64,000 nt of DNA from Octopus sinensis. Lineage: Eukaryota. The DNA is taken from NCBI RefSeq assembly GCF_006345805.1, contig NW_021836296.1, forward strand, positions 3,985-67,984, written 5' to 3'. The stretch's first letter is position 1, and every line of letters starts with the position of its first letter. The position numbers and the translations under genes were made by a program. Shown piece after piece: positions 27,054 through 39,729 of this stretch. The notes under the pieces are model-generated. The model saw only the letters and a list, made by a program, of their open reading frames with translations. It did no database searches and was not told where the DNA came from.

Positions 27054-27480
27054 TTTTTTAGCCTTTTAAATAATTGCTTATGGTGTATTATATTATAAGT
27101 TAGCCATAGTATATTATCTTATATTATAATATAAATATATTATTTGATTGTCATTTGTACCTCTCTACTTAATTCATTGTTTGTAATTTGTGTTATACCC
27201 ATATCATGTAGTATTCAACCGACGTACCAGTGAAGTCGATTTCTTCGTTTAAAATCTTCAAAACGCTGCTGCAGTATGGCCGCAGTCCAATGATTGAAAC
27301 AAGTAAAAGATAAAAGATGATGATCATGGGTCTATGTCTAGTGAAGAATTCGTGGCATGTGGCATATGGAATTTGGTTAGTATCGACCATACGCTCTAAT
27401 GGTATCTTTATTACAGAAGCCAATTTGTCGCGGTTTTACTGACCACATTACACCTAAGCTGATGCCAAATAACGGCATTG

Positions 27481-27745
<265 letters not shown>

Positions 27746-27949
27746 TTATTAGCCGCGCATGAGGGAACAATACAATGTAGAATTTTTCTTTTTCGAAATC
27801 GATCAAAAGGAAACCAAAAACCTTTACTATTTTTTTTTTCTATTTGAACATATAAACAGGAAAATAACACAAAAGTCGTTGTTAACAATTAGAGTTCCCT
27901 AAACGGGGAGGAAATGTATCATTAACTAGGTTTATCCGTGGAAAAAAAA

Positions 27950-28752
27950 AACTACGAAAAACAACCACGGTAATCTCGGAAACGAAAAAGAAAAACATTA
28001 ACATAAGAGCAAAGCACTCTTTTTCGCTTTGTTTTATAGGATCATGCTCAAGGTGGTTCCGCCATTCATGCGTACCATCCTTGCCACATTCACCCACCTT
28101 TTGTTGAACGTTTCATTAAACAAAACTTCCCTCTTTATTCTCACCTTGAAGAAGTTGATGAGAGGTTAGCCAGAGAGGTAAGTGTTTGTCTCTAAACCTT
28201 TCGCACGCGTCCACCACACACATTCTTTCATCATAGCCACCAAGACAATGAAAACTGCTTTGCCTTTCGGTTAGAGGAAGGTTGCGAGGCAATATTCACG
28301 ATAGATTCGGCCGACTACCGATGTCATCTCACACGTGACAGCAGCCATTCAACATAGGCTCACAGATCTGAAATGCTTGGACATTGCACGAGAGCATGCA
28401 AAACTGTTTCGTCGCTCTGACCGTATCCGGGCAAGTCGGCCCGGTGTTTCTTGAACCGTACCTGTGGAGCTTATCCCGAACGGGCAATGCTTACCGATAG
28501 CACTGCCAGGCCAGGGATCTGTGGAAATTGTCCATAGGCCCCGGCCCGAAAATGGTCCTGAAGAAGCGGGCCAGGTATTATTCGTCGACGCCCAGGGTCT
28601 CTCCAAGAAGGTTTTCGCACCTCCCCTCCACTAATTCTCAACGGAACGCCTTCGTAGAATTGAAGTCGGACAAGTTTGATCCCGGACGGCAGAGTTGCTC
28701 GAGAGCATGGCGGCACACGCGGTGCCATTCGCCCAGCCTCGGTCTCTGTTTG
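27950..28752 (-). mobile_element. Tx1/L1-clade LINE ORF2 C-terminal relic (zf-RVT region), 5'-truncated
   Basis: Manual minus-strand translation across stops and frameshifts: DNFHRSLAWQCYR*ALPVRDKLHRYG..TCP/..DETVLHALVQCPSI..KECVWWTR..LINFFK..FNKRW; ORF stop at ~28034. Confidence 0.8.
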
Positions 28753-28754
28753 AT

Positions 28755-29027
28755 CCACATGGGTGGTTCGTTCAACTTCCTTAAACAAACCTTATTCAGG
28801 GACCTTTTGAACGGGATGGGTTACTCGATCAGAAGAAAATTCTAACTGGACCCCACTTGCAAGGTCATGTGCTGTTTATCTTGATATGAGATCACCATAT
28901 CGCGCACACATGGTTTTGATGCATGTGCCTGGTGTACCCTTATCAGACGAGTAGTCGTGATGGGTATAATGGGCTTCGTATATTTTACCCCGATGTCACT
29001 TTGATGGCATGCACTGCTCTTTCACTC
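28755..29027 (+). mobile_element. Family E retroposon 3' half followed by (AAT)n
   Basis: Homologous to 4022-4292; abuts the LINE relic in opposite orientation. Confidence 0.8.
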
Positions 29028-29099
<72 letters not shown>

Positions 29100-29297
29100 G
29101 GCCAAGTGAGACACACCGCAAACTCTTACAGTATATGGAGAACACAGAATCAAGACAGTAACCATATATTTTAATTTAACTTTATTTCTATCAAAAAAAA
29201 ATGGCCTACCATTGTATGCAATGAGTTTCTTTGCCCTAGGAGTTGGGAAGACACTCGGCAAGATACGGAAGCAAATTTGAAAGAAGAAGAAAAACCC

Positions 29298-29342
<45 letters not shown>

Positions 29343-29539
29343 TAATAATAGTAGTAACAATAATAATGATGTCATGTCGAATATATTCGAAGTAGTTCAT
29401 AGCAATTTCCCCAAAACATGACTAACTTTTGGGTAAAGGGATATTTTAAGTACGGGTTGCTTAATTAGAATAAATAGATTTACGGATAATGATGACGACA
29501 ACACAAACAATTGATGTATCAATTAACTTAACTACAGGG

Positions 29540-31158
29540 ATGGTAGTGGCAGTGGTGGTGGTGTTGGTGGTGTTGATGGTGGTGGTGGTGGTGGTGTTGA
29601 TGTTGGTGGTGGTGGTGGTGGTGATTGTGGTGTTGGTGACAGTGCTGCTGCTGTTGGTGGTGGTGGTGGTGGTGGTGATGGTGGTGGTGTTGTTGTTGGT
29701 GGTCGTGGTGCTGCTGCTGTTGGTGGTGGTGATGGTTGTGGTGGTGGTGGTGGTGGTGGTGGTGGTGTTGATGGTGGTGGTGATGGTGGTGGTGGTGGTG
29801 GTGATGGTGGTGGTGGTGGTGGTGGTAGAGGTGGTGGTGGTGGTGGTGGTGATGGTGGTGTTGTTGTTGGTGGTGGTGGTGCTGCTGCTGTTGGTGGTGG
29901 TGGTGGTGGTGGTGGCGGTGTTGGTGTTGGTGGTGGTGGTGTTGGTGGTTGCGGTGGCGCGGTTTTAGTGGAGGTACTGATATGTTATTGACGATGGTGA
30001 TAGTGATAGTTTTCATTTTAAGGAAAGGTAGCATAAATGTTGCGGTTGTAGTGGTTGTAGTGGTGGTGTTCTTTTGGTTGTGGTTGTGGTGGTGGTGTTC
30101 TTGTGGTTGTGGTTGTGGTGGTGGTTGTGGTGGTGGTGTCCGAGATGATGGCGATGGCGTTGATGTTCGCAATATTGTTGATGGCGGTGTTGGTGACGAT
30201 GATACTAGTGTTCACAAACAGTATTGGTATCGGTGGTGTTAATGTTCTAGTAGGTCGTGGAGATTAGGTTGTGGTGGTGGTAGTGGTGGTGGTGTTGGTG
30301 GTGGTGGTGGTGGTGGTGGTGGTGGTGGTCATGATGATGATGGTGGCGGTTGTGATTGTGGTAGTGGTGGTGGTGGTGGTGGTGGTGGTGGTGGTCATGA
30401 TGATGATGGTGGTGGTGGTGATTGTGGTTGTGGTGGTGATTGTGATAGTGGTGGTGGTGGTGGTGGTGGTGGTGGTGGTGGTGGTGGTGATGGTGGTGGT
30501 GATGTTGGCGGCGGCGGCGCCGGTGGTGGTGGTGGTGACGGCGGCGGTGGTGTAGTGGTGATGATTCTGGTGCTGGTGGTGGTAATGGCGGTGGTGCTTG
30601 TTGTGGTGGTGCTGGTGGCTGCGGTGGTAGTGGTAGTGGTGGTGGTAGTGATGGTGTGGGAGGTGGCGGTGGTGGTGGCGGTGGTGATGATGGTGGTGAT
30701 GGTGATAGTAGCGGTGGTGGTGGTGGTGGTGGTGATGGTGGTGATGGTGGTGGTGGCGGTGATGGTGTTTGTGGTGGTTGTGGTGGTGGTGGTGGTGGTA
30801 GTGATGGTGTGGGAGGTGGCGGTGGTGGTGGCGGTGGTGATGATGGTGGTGATGGTGGTGGGTGGTGTGGTGGTGTTGGTGGTGGTTGTGGTGGTGGTGG
30901 TTGTGGTGGTGGTGGTGGTGGTGATGGTGGTGGTGGTGGTGGTGGCGGTGATGGTGGTTGTGGTGGTTGTGGTGGTGGTGGTTGTGGTGGTGGTGGGGTG
31001 GTGTGGTGTGGTGGTGGTTGTGGTGGTGGGTGGTGTGGTGGTGTGGTGGTGGTGGTGTGGTGGTGGTGGTGGTGATGGTGGTGGTGGTGGTGGTGGTGGC
31101 GGTGATGGTGTTTGTGGTGGTTGTGGTGGTGGTGGTTGTGGTGGTGGTGGTGGTGGTT
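29540..31158 (+). repeat. 1.6-kb (GGT)n-based degenerate array with ~153-bp higher-order duplication
   Basis: gtagtgatggtgtgggaggtggcgg at ~30645 and ~30798. Confidence 0.9.
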
Positions 31159-31299
31159 TTAATGCCTGTCATAATCGGGACTGCGATGACAAGTTCCTGA
31201 ATAATTAATATGGTGACAATATTATTTTGTGTTGAGACTAAAGTTCTGGCAATATTTTGGTAACATATTCTGTTTTTGTTTTTGTTTTTTCCTCAAATT

Positions 31300-31797
31300 A
31301 CAACAAAACAATTAAACTGGCATTTTGGTGGGAAGGAGGCAGTCGATTAGATTGACACCAGTACGCAACTGGTACTTAATTTACCGATCCCTAAAGGATG
31401 AAAGGCAAAGTTGACCTCGGTGGAATTCGAACTCAAAACGTATAGACAGACGAAATGCCGCTAAGCATTTCGCCCGGTGTGCTAACGTTTCTGCCAGATT
31501 GCCGCCTTAATCTGTCATACCAGGTTCGTAGCTGTGACAGCGACACACAGATACACACGAATACAGGGATATAGAAATAAACATGTAAGGTTACTCTTTC
31601 TTATTATGACACGAGGTGAACAATTTTGAAGGGATTGGAAAGACGATTACATTGAACCCAGTGTCCAGCTGGTATTTTATCCAACCCGAAAGCAAGGAGA
31701 GCAAAGTCGACCTCAGCGGCGTATGAAGTCAGAGCGTAAAAAATCCGAAAGAAACGCCGCAAATATTTTATCCGGCTTTATAACGATTCTACCAGCT
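31300..31797 (-). mobile_element. Two SINE family B monomers (about 31300-31509 and 31595-31797)
   Basis: gaaaggcaaagttgacctcgg...ctgccagattgccgcctt; second copy more diverged. Confidence 0.7.
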
Positions 31798-32599
31798 TGC
31801 AGCTGAGACACATTCGAATATTGAAACACACCGATTTACGAATAAAAATTTCTTACTCATCACATAGAGAAATACTGAATCACACGTACAGACAAATAAA
31901 CGTTATACAAATACACAAATACAAAGACGTTAAATCTATCGTTTCAGTCGCCATTTTGTTTCGATTTTATTTCTTCTCGGTTCAGAATTCTTATGCTAAT
32001 GTCCTCACGTTTTACCGCTCGTGTTTCAGTGAAGAGACTAAGGCTATTAGCAACAACATTACATAACTAGGGCTGTGAGAGTGTGAACGAGAGAGAGAAG
32101 GATATAAAGTGATAGAGAGAAAACTATCATTCTAATTGATATTGATATAAGCAAAGCTTTCGACTCCATTCTCAGTTTTTTCACTTATGCAAAAAGACCA
32201 TTCAAAACTATCTTTAAAATACATACAAAACTTTGTTTACCAAATAATTTTCCTATCTGGTCACCAAAACCTACCATATTTTCTGACAAACAAGTTGAAT
32301 TTTTCAGACAAAAACTGACAGCAAAAGAGGATATGTTAACTTATTATACCAAGACGATTTTGGAGACCAAAATATTCTGTGAAATGCAGTAGGATTTGGA
32401 ACGATTTTAACGAAGCTTGAATGCTTACACTACAGTGTTTACACCATATATTGTATGTTGGAAAATACAGTTTGTAATACACAGGAAAGACAATTGATAA
32501 AAATAAATTTGAAATTTTCTAAATGGAGTTGTACAAGGGTTTGTGCTTTCATCGACCCGTTTTAGCCTTATTTTCATACGTACACTATCTCTTTACATT

Positions 32600-32900
32600 G
32601 TCACCGCGAGGTGGATTTTGAAAAATTATAACATATAAACACGAGGCACGTTCTGTATCGTGTCGTTTTTATAATGTTAATCTTGGCTTTCCTGCTGACG
32701 AAAGCTTCGCCTAGTAAATTATTTTATTTGCTGAAGATAGATTGAAACCATGGTACAGGAAATAGATGGTAAATGTTTTTATTTTTGATTCCCTTTCGAA
32801 ATTACCCCTAATAGTGGTTTGGAGTTTAACTACTCCTTCTAGCGGATCAAATGTCCTGTTATGGCCATCTCTTATGTGTTTAAATGTACACTGTATTTAT
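32600..32900 (+). mobile_element. Putative Penelope-like element terminal-repeat remnant ending in (TA)n (boundaries approximate)
   Basis: Inferred from the hammerhead motif followed by a ~140-bp T-rich tail that runs into a (TA)n tract. Confidence 0.4.
32688..32762 (+). ncRNA. Minimal type I hammerhead ribozyme, core intact (Penelope-like element type)
   Basis: Stem I tttcctg/caggaaa (7 bp); CTGACGA 32695-32701; stem II insert 32702-32743; GAAA 32744-32747; palindromic stem III ACCATGGT; GUA cleavage triplet 32753-32755. Confidence 0.7.
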
Positions 32901-32909
32901 ATATTTATC

Positions 32910-32948
<39 letters not shown>

Positions 32949-32960
32949 ATATATATGTAT

Positions 32961-32991
<31 letters not shown>

Positions 32992-33155
32992 CATATATAT
33001 ATGTATGAATATATATACATATATACATAAATATACACACATACATGCATACTTATATATATTCATATATATACATATATATACATATATATATATGTAT
33101 GAATATATATACATATATACATGCACACACACTCACACACCACACACACACACAC

Positions 33156-33207
<52 letters not shown>

Positions 33208-33233
33208 ATGTATGCATGTATATATGTGTGTGC

Positions 33234-33288
<55 letters not shown>

Positions 33289-33719
33289 CGTATATATATT
33301 TAGATAGATAGATGGACACATAGATTGATAGATAGATAGATAGATATAGAGAGAGAGACAGACAGAAAGAGAGAAGGAGAAAGAACAGGGAGAGGAACAA
33401 TGTATTACTATGGCACGACATTTCCATAATTGATAGAAAACTACAGTGGGAGCTGGAGAAAAATCAATGCAACGTTTCGTAGAGTGTTTGCTGAAAATCC
33501 AATCAGTAAACTAATTACAGCCATGAATCCAATATGGCTGCCTTGGCGAAAAACAAATTTTAATAACCCAAAACATGCAGCTTCGAAAATATACGCACCA
33601 TCGGATGAGAGACATGGTCCACTGCTATTATGGGATCGTCAAGCGTATAACAAAAGGCACAATAAAATGCATAAGGTATTATTTACTTGTTGCATATGTA
33701 ATATTTTATTTTTTATCTT

Positions 33720-34198
33720 TATTTGTTTCTGTTACCAGATTGCGGCCATGCTGGGGCACCGACCTGAAGAATTTTTACTCGAAGGAATCGATCCTAGTAC
33801 AATTTTTTTTTCTTTTGGTCAAAGCTTGGTACTTATTCCATCGGTCTCTTTTTGCTGAGCCGCTAAGTTACGGGGACGGAAACAAAGCAACACCGCTTAC
33901 CAAGCGGTAGTATGGAACAAACACACGCAAACACACACAATTACACACACATACACACATATATATGTATGTATGTATGTATGTTTGTATATATGAGACC
34001 GATAGAATAAGTACTAGACTTACAAAGAATAAGTTCTGGGGTCAATTTGTTCGATTAAATGCGATGCTCCAGCATGGCCACAGTCAAATGACCGAAGCAA
34101 AGAAGAGAATAAAAGAATGTATTTATATATATGTATATATACGACGGGCTTCTTTCAGTTTCCGTGCATCCACTCACACAGCTTTGGTCAGGCTGAGG

Positions 34199-34200
<2 letters not shown>
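33720..34200. mobile_element. Three interleaved family A SINE fragments in both orientations
   Basis: 33720-33930 (-), 33995-34115 (+), 34135-34198 (-). Confidence 0.7.
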
Positions 34201-34237
<37 letters not shown>

Positions 34238-34432
34238 GACATATATACATACATATACATATATACACATATATATATACATATATAAATATACATATAT
34301 ATTGATATACCAGCATGGCACAGCTCATTAGCTTGAAACTGGAAAAATCAAAATCAAAATCATATATACATACATATATATACATATATAATACACATAT
34401 ATATATATACATATATATATATACATACATAC

Positions 34433-34505
<73 letters not shown>

Positions 34506-34914
34506 TTATATTTAACCACTAAGATGTTTGTTTGGTGCACGGAGATCGTGGTGGGCAGCAGCAATATCCAATGTGAGACTGATGAAACGTAAAAAAGAGA
34601 AGAATCTTAGTATCGGAACCCCAGGATTGGAAAGCTCTGAGGATCTTTGAGTAGGTTCTGTGGACCATATCGACTTAAATTGTTGATGTGCGCCCTCCAT
34701 GTTAAGTCGCTGTACACAGTGACACCTGAGTCTCTGATATCGCCAGAAATCAGAAAGATCGATAAGTTGACAGCATTGTAACAATATCTATTGTGTATAT
34801 ATTCGCCAGAAATCAGGCAGATCGATAATCTATCAATATTTTATACCAATGCCTCTTGTTTCTGCGAACGTGTATGTTTGATGCGCTTGTCGAATCTAAA
34901 CATGCCTGTGTGAT

Positions 34915-34973
34915 CTGCAGCAATAGCAACAGCAACGGTAGCAAATGCAGCAGCCACAACAACAATAGTAGTT

Positions 34974-35019
<46 letters not shown>

Positions 35020-35107
35020 AAGCAGCAGCAGTAGTACTACTACTAGCGGTTGTAGTAGTAGCACTAGCAGCAGCAATAATAGTAGTAGTAGCAGCAGCAG
35101 ACATCGT

Positions 35108-35145
<38 letters not shown>

Positions 35146-35228
35146 ATAGTAGTAGTAGTAGCATCAGGAATTGTAGTAGCAGCAGTAGACGTAGTATTAG
35201 TAGTAGTAGCAGCAGAAGTAGCAGCAGC

Positions 35229-35266
<38 letters not shown>

Positions 35267-35290
35267 CAGCATCAGGAGTAGTAGTAGTGT

Positions 35291-35324
<34 letters not shown>

Positions 35325-35325
35325 T

Positions 35326-35359
<34 letters not shown>

Positions 35360-35385
35360 CAGCAGCAGCAGCAGTAGTAGTAGTT
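34915..35385. repeat. (AGT)n/(AGC)n microsatellite
   Basis: Direct reading. Confidence 0.9.
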
Positions 35386-35654
35386 CATGTTCTTGTTTTT
35401 TGATGAAACGCTAGCAGTGGTAAAGATATTTAGTGGCAGCAATAAAAGCCGCAGCAACAACAGCAGCAGCAGTATTCACAAGAGCTCACTGGCAGCTGTA
35501 ACAACAAGAATTAACAGCAAAAGCGGCGGCGGTGATACTATCAAATGTAGTCATGGCAACGAGTAACAGTAACAAACAGAAGAAACGCCATTTTTAGTGG
35601 CAACAACCAGAAAAACCAATTTAGCACCATTTAATATTGGTATTTGCAATATTG

Positions 35655-35889
35655 GCTGCAAATTTTGGTATTTGGTCAGCAATTTTTTTGCGGCGGGAAC
35701 GAAGTCGATTACATCGACCCCAGTGCGTGACTGGTACTTGTTTCACCGGCCCCCGAGAAAAAAAAATTAGAGGTAAATTCGACGTCGGTGGAATTTGAAA
35801 ACTCAGAACGTTAAACATGGACGAAATGTCGCTCAGCATTTTGTCTGCCCGGCCGACGTGCTAACGGATCTTCCAGCACACCGCCTTCA

Positions 35890-35924
<35 letters not shown>

Positions 35925-36232
35925 CCATTCTACTATAAGCATCGGGCTAGAAATGTGGGAACGGAGGCCAGTCGGTTAGGTCGACCTCAGTACACAAGTG
36001 GTACTTGATTTATCGACCCCCGAAGTGGCAGAATCGTTAGCACACTGGACGGAATGTTTTACGGTATTTCACCCGTCGTTACGTTCTGAGTTCAAATTCC
36101 GCCGAGGTCGACTTTGCTTTTCATCCTTTCTTGTTCGATAAATTAAGTACCAGTGAAATACTGGGGTCGATGTAATCAATTAGACCTCCTCCCACAAAAT
36201 TTCAGGCCTTGTGCCTATACTTGAAAGGATTA
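35655..36232. mobile_element. Cluster of family B SINEs: 35655-35888 (-), 35922-36024 (-), 36026-36232 (+)
   Basis: Core motif in both orientations around an (AAT)n tract. Confidence 0.75.
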
Positions 36233-36284
36233 TTATTATCGTTGTTATTGCTGTTTTGGTAAAGCGACGGATTAATTGCAAGCG

Positions 36285-36712
36285 TATGTCTGTCTGTCTG
36301 TCTGTATGTATGTATGTACGTATATATGTATGTATGTATGTATGTATATGTATGTATGTATGTATGTATGTGTGTGTATGTATGTATGTATGTATGTATG
36401 TGTGTATGTATGTATGTGTGTATGTATATATATATATGTGTGTATGTATATATGTATGTATGCATGTATGTATGTATGTATGTATGTGTGTGTGTATGTA
36501 TGTATGCATACATGTATGTATGTATGTATGTATGTATGTATATATGTATGTATGTATGCATGTATGTATGTGTGTATGTATGTATATATATATATGTATG
36601 TATGTATGCATGTATGTATGTATGTATGTATGTATATATATATGTATGTATGTATGCATGTATGTATGTGTGTATGTTTGTATGTATGTATGTATGTATG
36701 TATATATGTATG
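36285..36712. repeat. (TATG)n microsatellite
   Basis: Direct reading. Confidence 0.95.
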
Positions 36713-37385
36713 CACGTCAGGTCACTTTGAGTGCTACTGATAGCACGTGACCCAGTACAACCTGTCACATGTCTGAGCCGTCAACAACAAAACCGACAAG
36801 CTTACTCAGCCTGTCGTATAAGAAGGACGGTTTTCGCTAGACACCCTGCAGAAACGAGAAACAAAGCCGATAGATTGAATGGCCACTCAACAGCTGAGAG
36901 AGACAGACAGACAGAGAGACTTTTAATCTTTGTTCAAACATTTCTCCAGAAGCTAAATTCGAAATAACACCGTCTTCATTGCGAAGCTGGTGATCTTTGC
37001 TTTGAAGGTGAGAGCTTCAGCAGTGTTACGCAAACTGTGTTTGACTTCAAATTTCTGAAGGTACAGGTATTGCTGACAGCCAGTATTTTTAACTTCAAGA
37101 CTTAAGATAATTTGTCAGTGATGGTCACACTCGGGAATGAGTTGAGAGCCTTTATATGTGTACATGTATATCATTAGAGGATACGAACGTCGATGAGAAA
37201 AGCTGACAAGAAAAACAAAGAAACAAACGGTGTTTTACAAACGATGTCTCCCGAGATGTTTGTTCTGCATTGTGTCACAGACACTCCTTTGTCTCTCTCG
37301 CTGTGAGAAACGCACCGAACTAAATCAATGGTTCGTCCTCTGGAAACGTAGGTTCAATGTTCACCCTCTAATTTGCTTCACTTGT

Positions 37386-37652
37386 ATGTTGTGTTCTTGA
37401 GCAAGACACCTTATTTCACATCGCTCCAGTTCACTCAGCTGTAAAAATGAGTTGTGATGTCACTAGTGCCAAGCTGTATCAGCCTTTGCCTTTCCCTTGG
37501 ATAACATCGGTGGCGTGGAGTGGAGAGGTTGGTATGCCTGGTCAGCTGCTGGTCTTCCATAAATCAACCTTGCCTGGACTTGTGCCTCGGAGGGGTACAA
37601 TCTAGGTGCAATCTCATGGTCATTCATGGCCGAAGGGGGTCTTTACCCTTTA
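37386..37652 (+). mobile_element. SINE family D (CORE-like middle plus LINE-derived tail), head decayed
   Basis: gtgttcttgagcaagacacc...cactcagctg...ggtcattcatggccgaagggggtc; homologous to 58335-58665 and 59025-59273. Confidence 0.75.
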
Positions 37653-37790
37653 TCCTATAATCAATACAAATATTTAATTTACTGTTAAGAAAATATTGCT
37701 AAAAGATATCAATCCAAAGATGGTTGTTCCTCATATATGTGTCAGTATTTTTATCGTGTCGTTGTTCGTTTGAGGATATTCCAGCCGTGT

Positions 37791-37829
<39 letters not shown>

Positions 37830-38093
37830 TGTTTTTGTGTGTGTGTGTGCGTGTGTGTGTGTTTGCGAACGCGTGTGTAGCATAATATCTGCGGGACTAG
37901 AATGACCTATCCCATAGCTATTATTTCGATTTTGAAGACGGTGTATGTACCAAAGAGTAGAATCTGTGGAAAAAAATTATTCTGAGATTCCGCGAGAGAA
38001 AACATATTCTTCGAATGAAATTTATAAAAGCTTATTTTATATAAAAAATAATACTCACCATTTTCAAAATGAAACTTATGGGTGTTTGTGTGT

Positions 38094-38127
<34 letters not shown>

Positions 38128-39017
38128 CTGTCAGTCTGTCTGCCTGCCTGTCTGTCTGTCGGTCTGTTTGTCTGTGAATTCAAACAAAAGGTGAGAAAAG
38201 ATATTTTCAATGCCACCCAAATGTGGACAATTCAACGTCTCTGATGATTATAATTGAAAACCTGAGTAAAGCATTCACTGATGTTGCAAAGAGTTCCTCC
38301 GGCTGAATAAAAAATCCTGTATATGCAACTGAGGCAGTATAATATTAAAAAATCACCATGAATAAAAAAAAAAAAACAAGATGTACGAAATGTATCTCGA
38401 GCTCTCGCTGGCCGCTGCTGAGACGAAGTTTCATCATTCTCTGATATCTAAGGTGGTTTCAACACAGCAAGCCCATAATACATGTTACCTCAGAACAAAT
38501 ACCAGAGTCACTGGCTTATTGATTTGTATATGCATTAAGTATGATACATATATGGCTATTTTGATTTAATATTGATTTGATATGGCTACTTTGATTTAAT
38601 ATAGTGAATTTTATATTTTTCCTGCTGATGTCAAACCAATATTCCTGAGAATTTGTTAGAAAGTGTTTATTAATTTTCCCACAACGTGACTCACCATCAA
38701 TCACATTTATTCAATTCTAACGGCTTCAATTTGGTTATATTCGATTATATTTAGTTAATGTGAAAATATTGGAACACTGACGTGATTTGGCAGGCTTAAA
38801 ACATATATAAACATCCACTTTAATTCTGAATATCTTCCAGTTATTTATTCGAAGCACTTAAAATTTAGGCCACGCTTCACCGCACTTTTTCATTGCTGTT
38901 ATACACGTTATTGGAAACGGTCTTGAATGTAAGTAAGTTGATAGTGTACACTACACATATCTACGCTAAACCAAATCACACAGCACTAGAAGGTACTAAA
39001 CAATATTCTGTTCTACT

Positions 39018-39575
39018 AAGGCGGTGAGCTGGCAGAAACGTTAGCACGTCGGGTGAAATGCCTAGCCGTATTTCGTCTGCCGTTACGTTCTGAGTCAAAT
39101 TTCGCCGTGGTCGACTTTGCCTTTCATCCTTTCGGAGTCGATAAATTAAGTACCAGTTACGCCGCACTGGGGTCAATATAATCGACTTAATCCGTTTGTC
39201 TGTCCTTGTTTGTCCTCTCTGTGTTTAGCCCCTTGTGGGTAGTAAAGAAATAGGTATTTTGTCTGCCGTTACGTTCTGAGTTCAAATTTCGCCGAGATCG
39301 ACTTTGCCTTTCATCCTTTCGGGGTCGATTAAATAAGTACCAGTTACGCACTGGGGTCGATATAATCGACTTAATCCGTTTGTCTATCCTTGTTTGTCCT
39401 CTCTGTGTTTAGCCCCTTGTGGGTAGTAAAGAAACAGGTATTTAGTCTACCTAGAGTAAAAAAGTATCTTCTTTTCTACTCTAGACACAGACATACAGTA
39501 AGTACCAGTTGCGTATTTGGGATTAATCTAATCAACTGGCCCTCTCCCCCAAAATTTCGGGCCTTGTGCCTAGAA
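39018..39575 (+). mobile_element. SINE family B dimer plus terminal tail 2
   Basis: Head aaggcggtgagctggcag; body restart at ~39253 (aaagaaatag|gtattttg); tail cctctcccccaaaatttcgggccttgtgcctaga. Confidence 0.85.
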
Positions 39576-39729
39576 TAGGCATACATAAATACCCTGTTGT
39601 TGGTGTTGAAATTTCAGTGAAGGAGCCGTGGATCTAGGTTAGAAACCGGTTCTTTCTCTTTTGACAATTAACCTTGAAATAAAACTGAATAATGACATAA
39701 ACACATACATACGTATACACAAGCAGGCG

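Noticed and set aside
28170-28185. Canonical splice donor agag|gtaagt
   Set aside because: Lies within the antisense strand of the Tx1/L1 relic and has no matching upstream exon
29489-31208. His-, Val-, Gly- or Thr-rich ORFs
   Set aside because: Products of (GGT)n microsatellite in all frames; no splice or domain evidence
38238-38272. CTGATGA-ttataatt-GAAA motif
   Set aside because: Stems I and III do not form; compatible with chance
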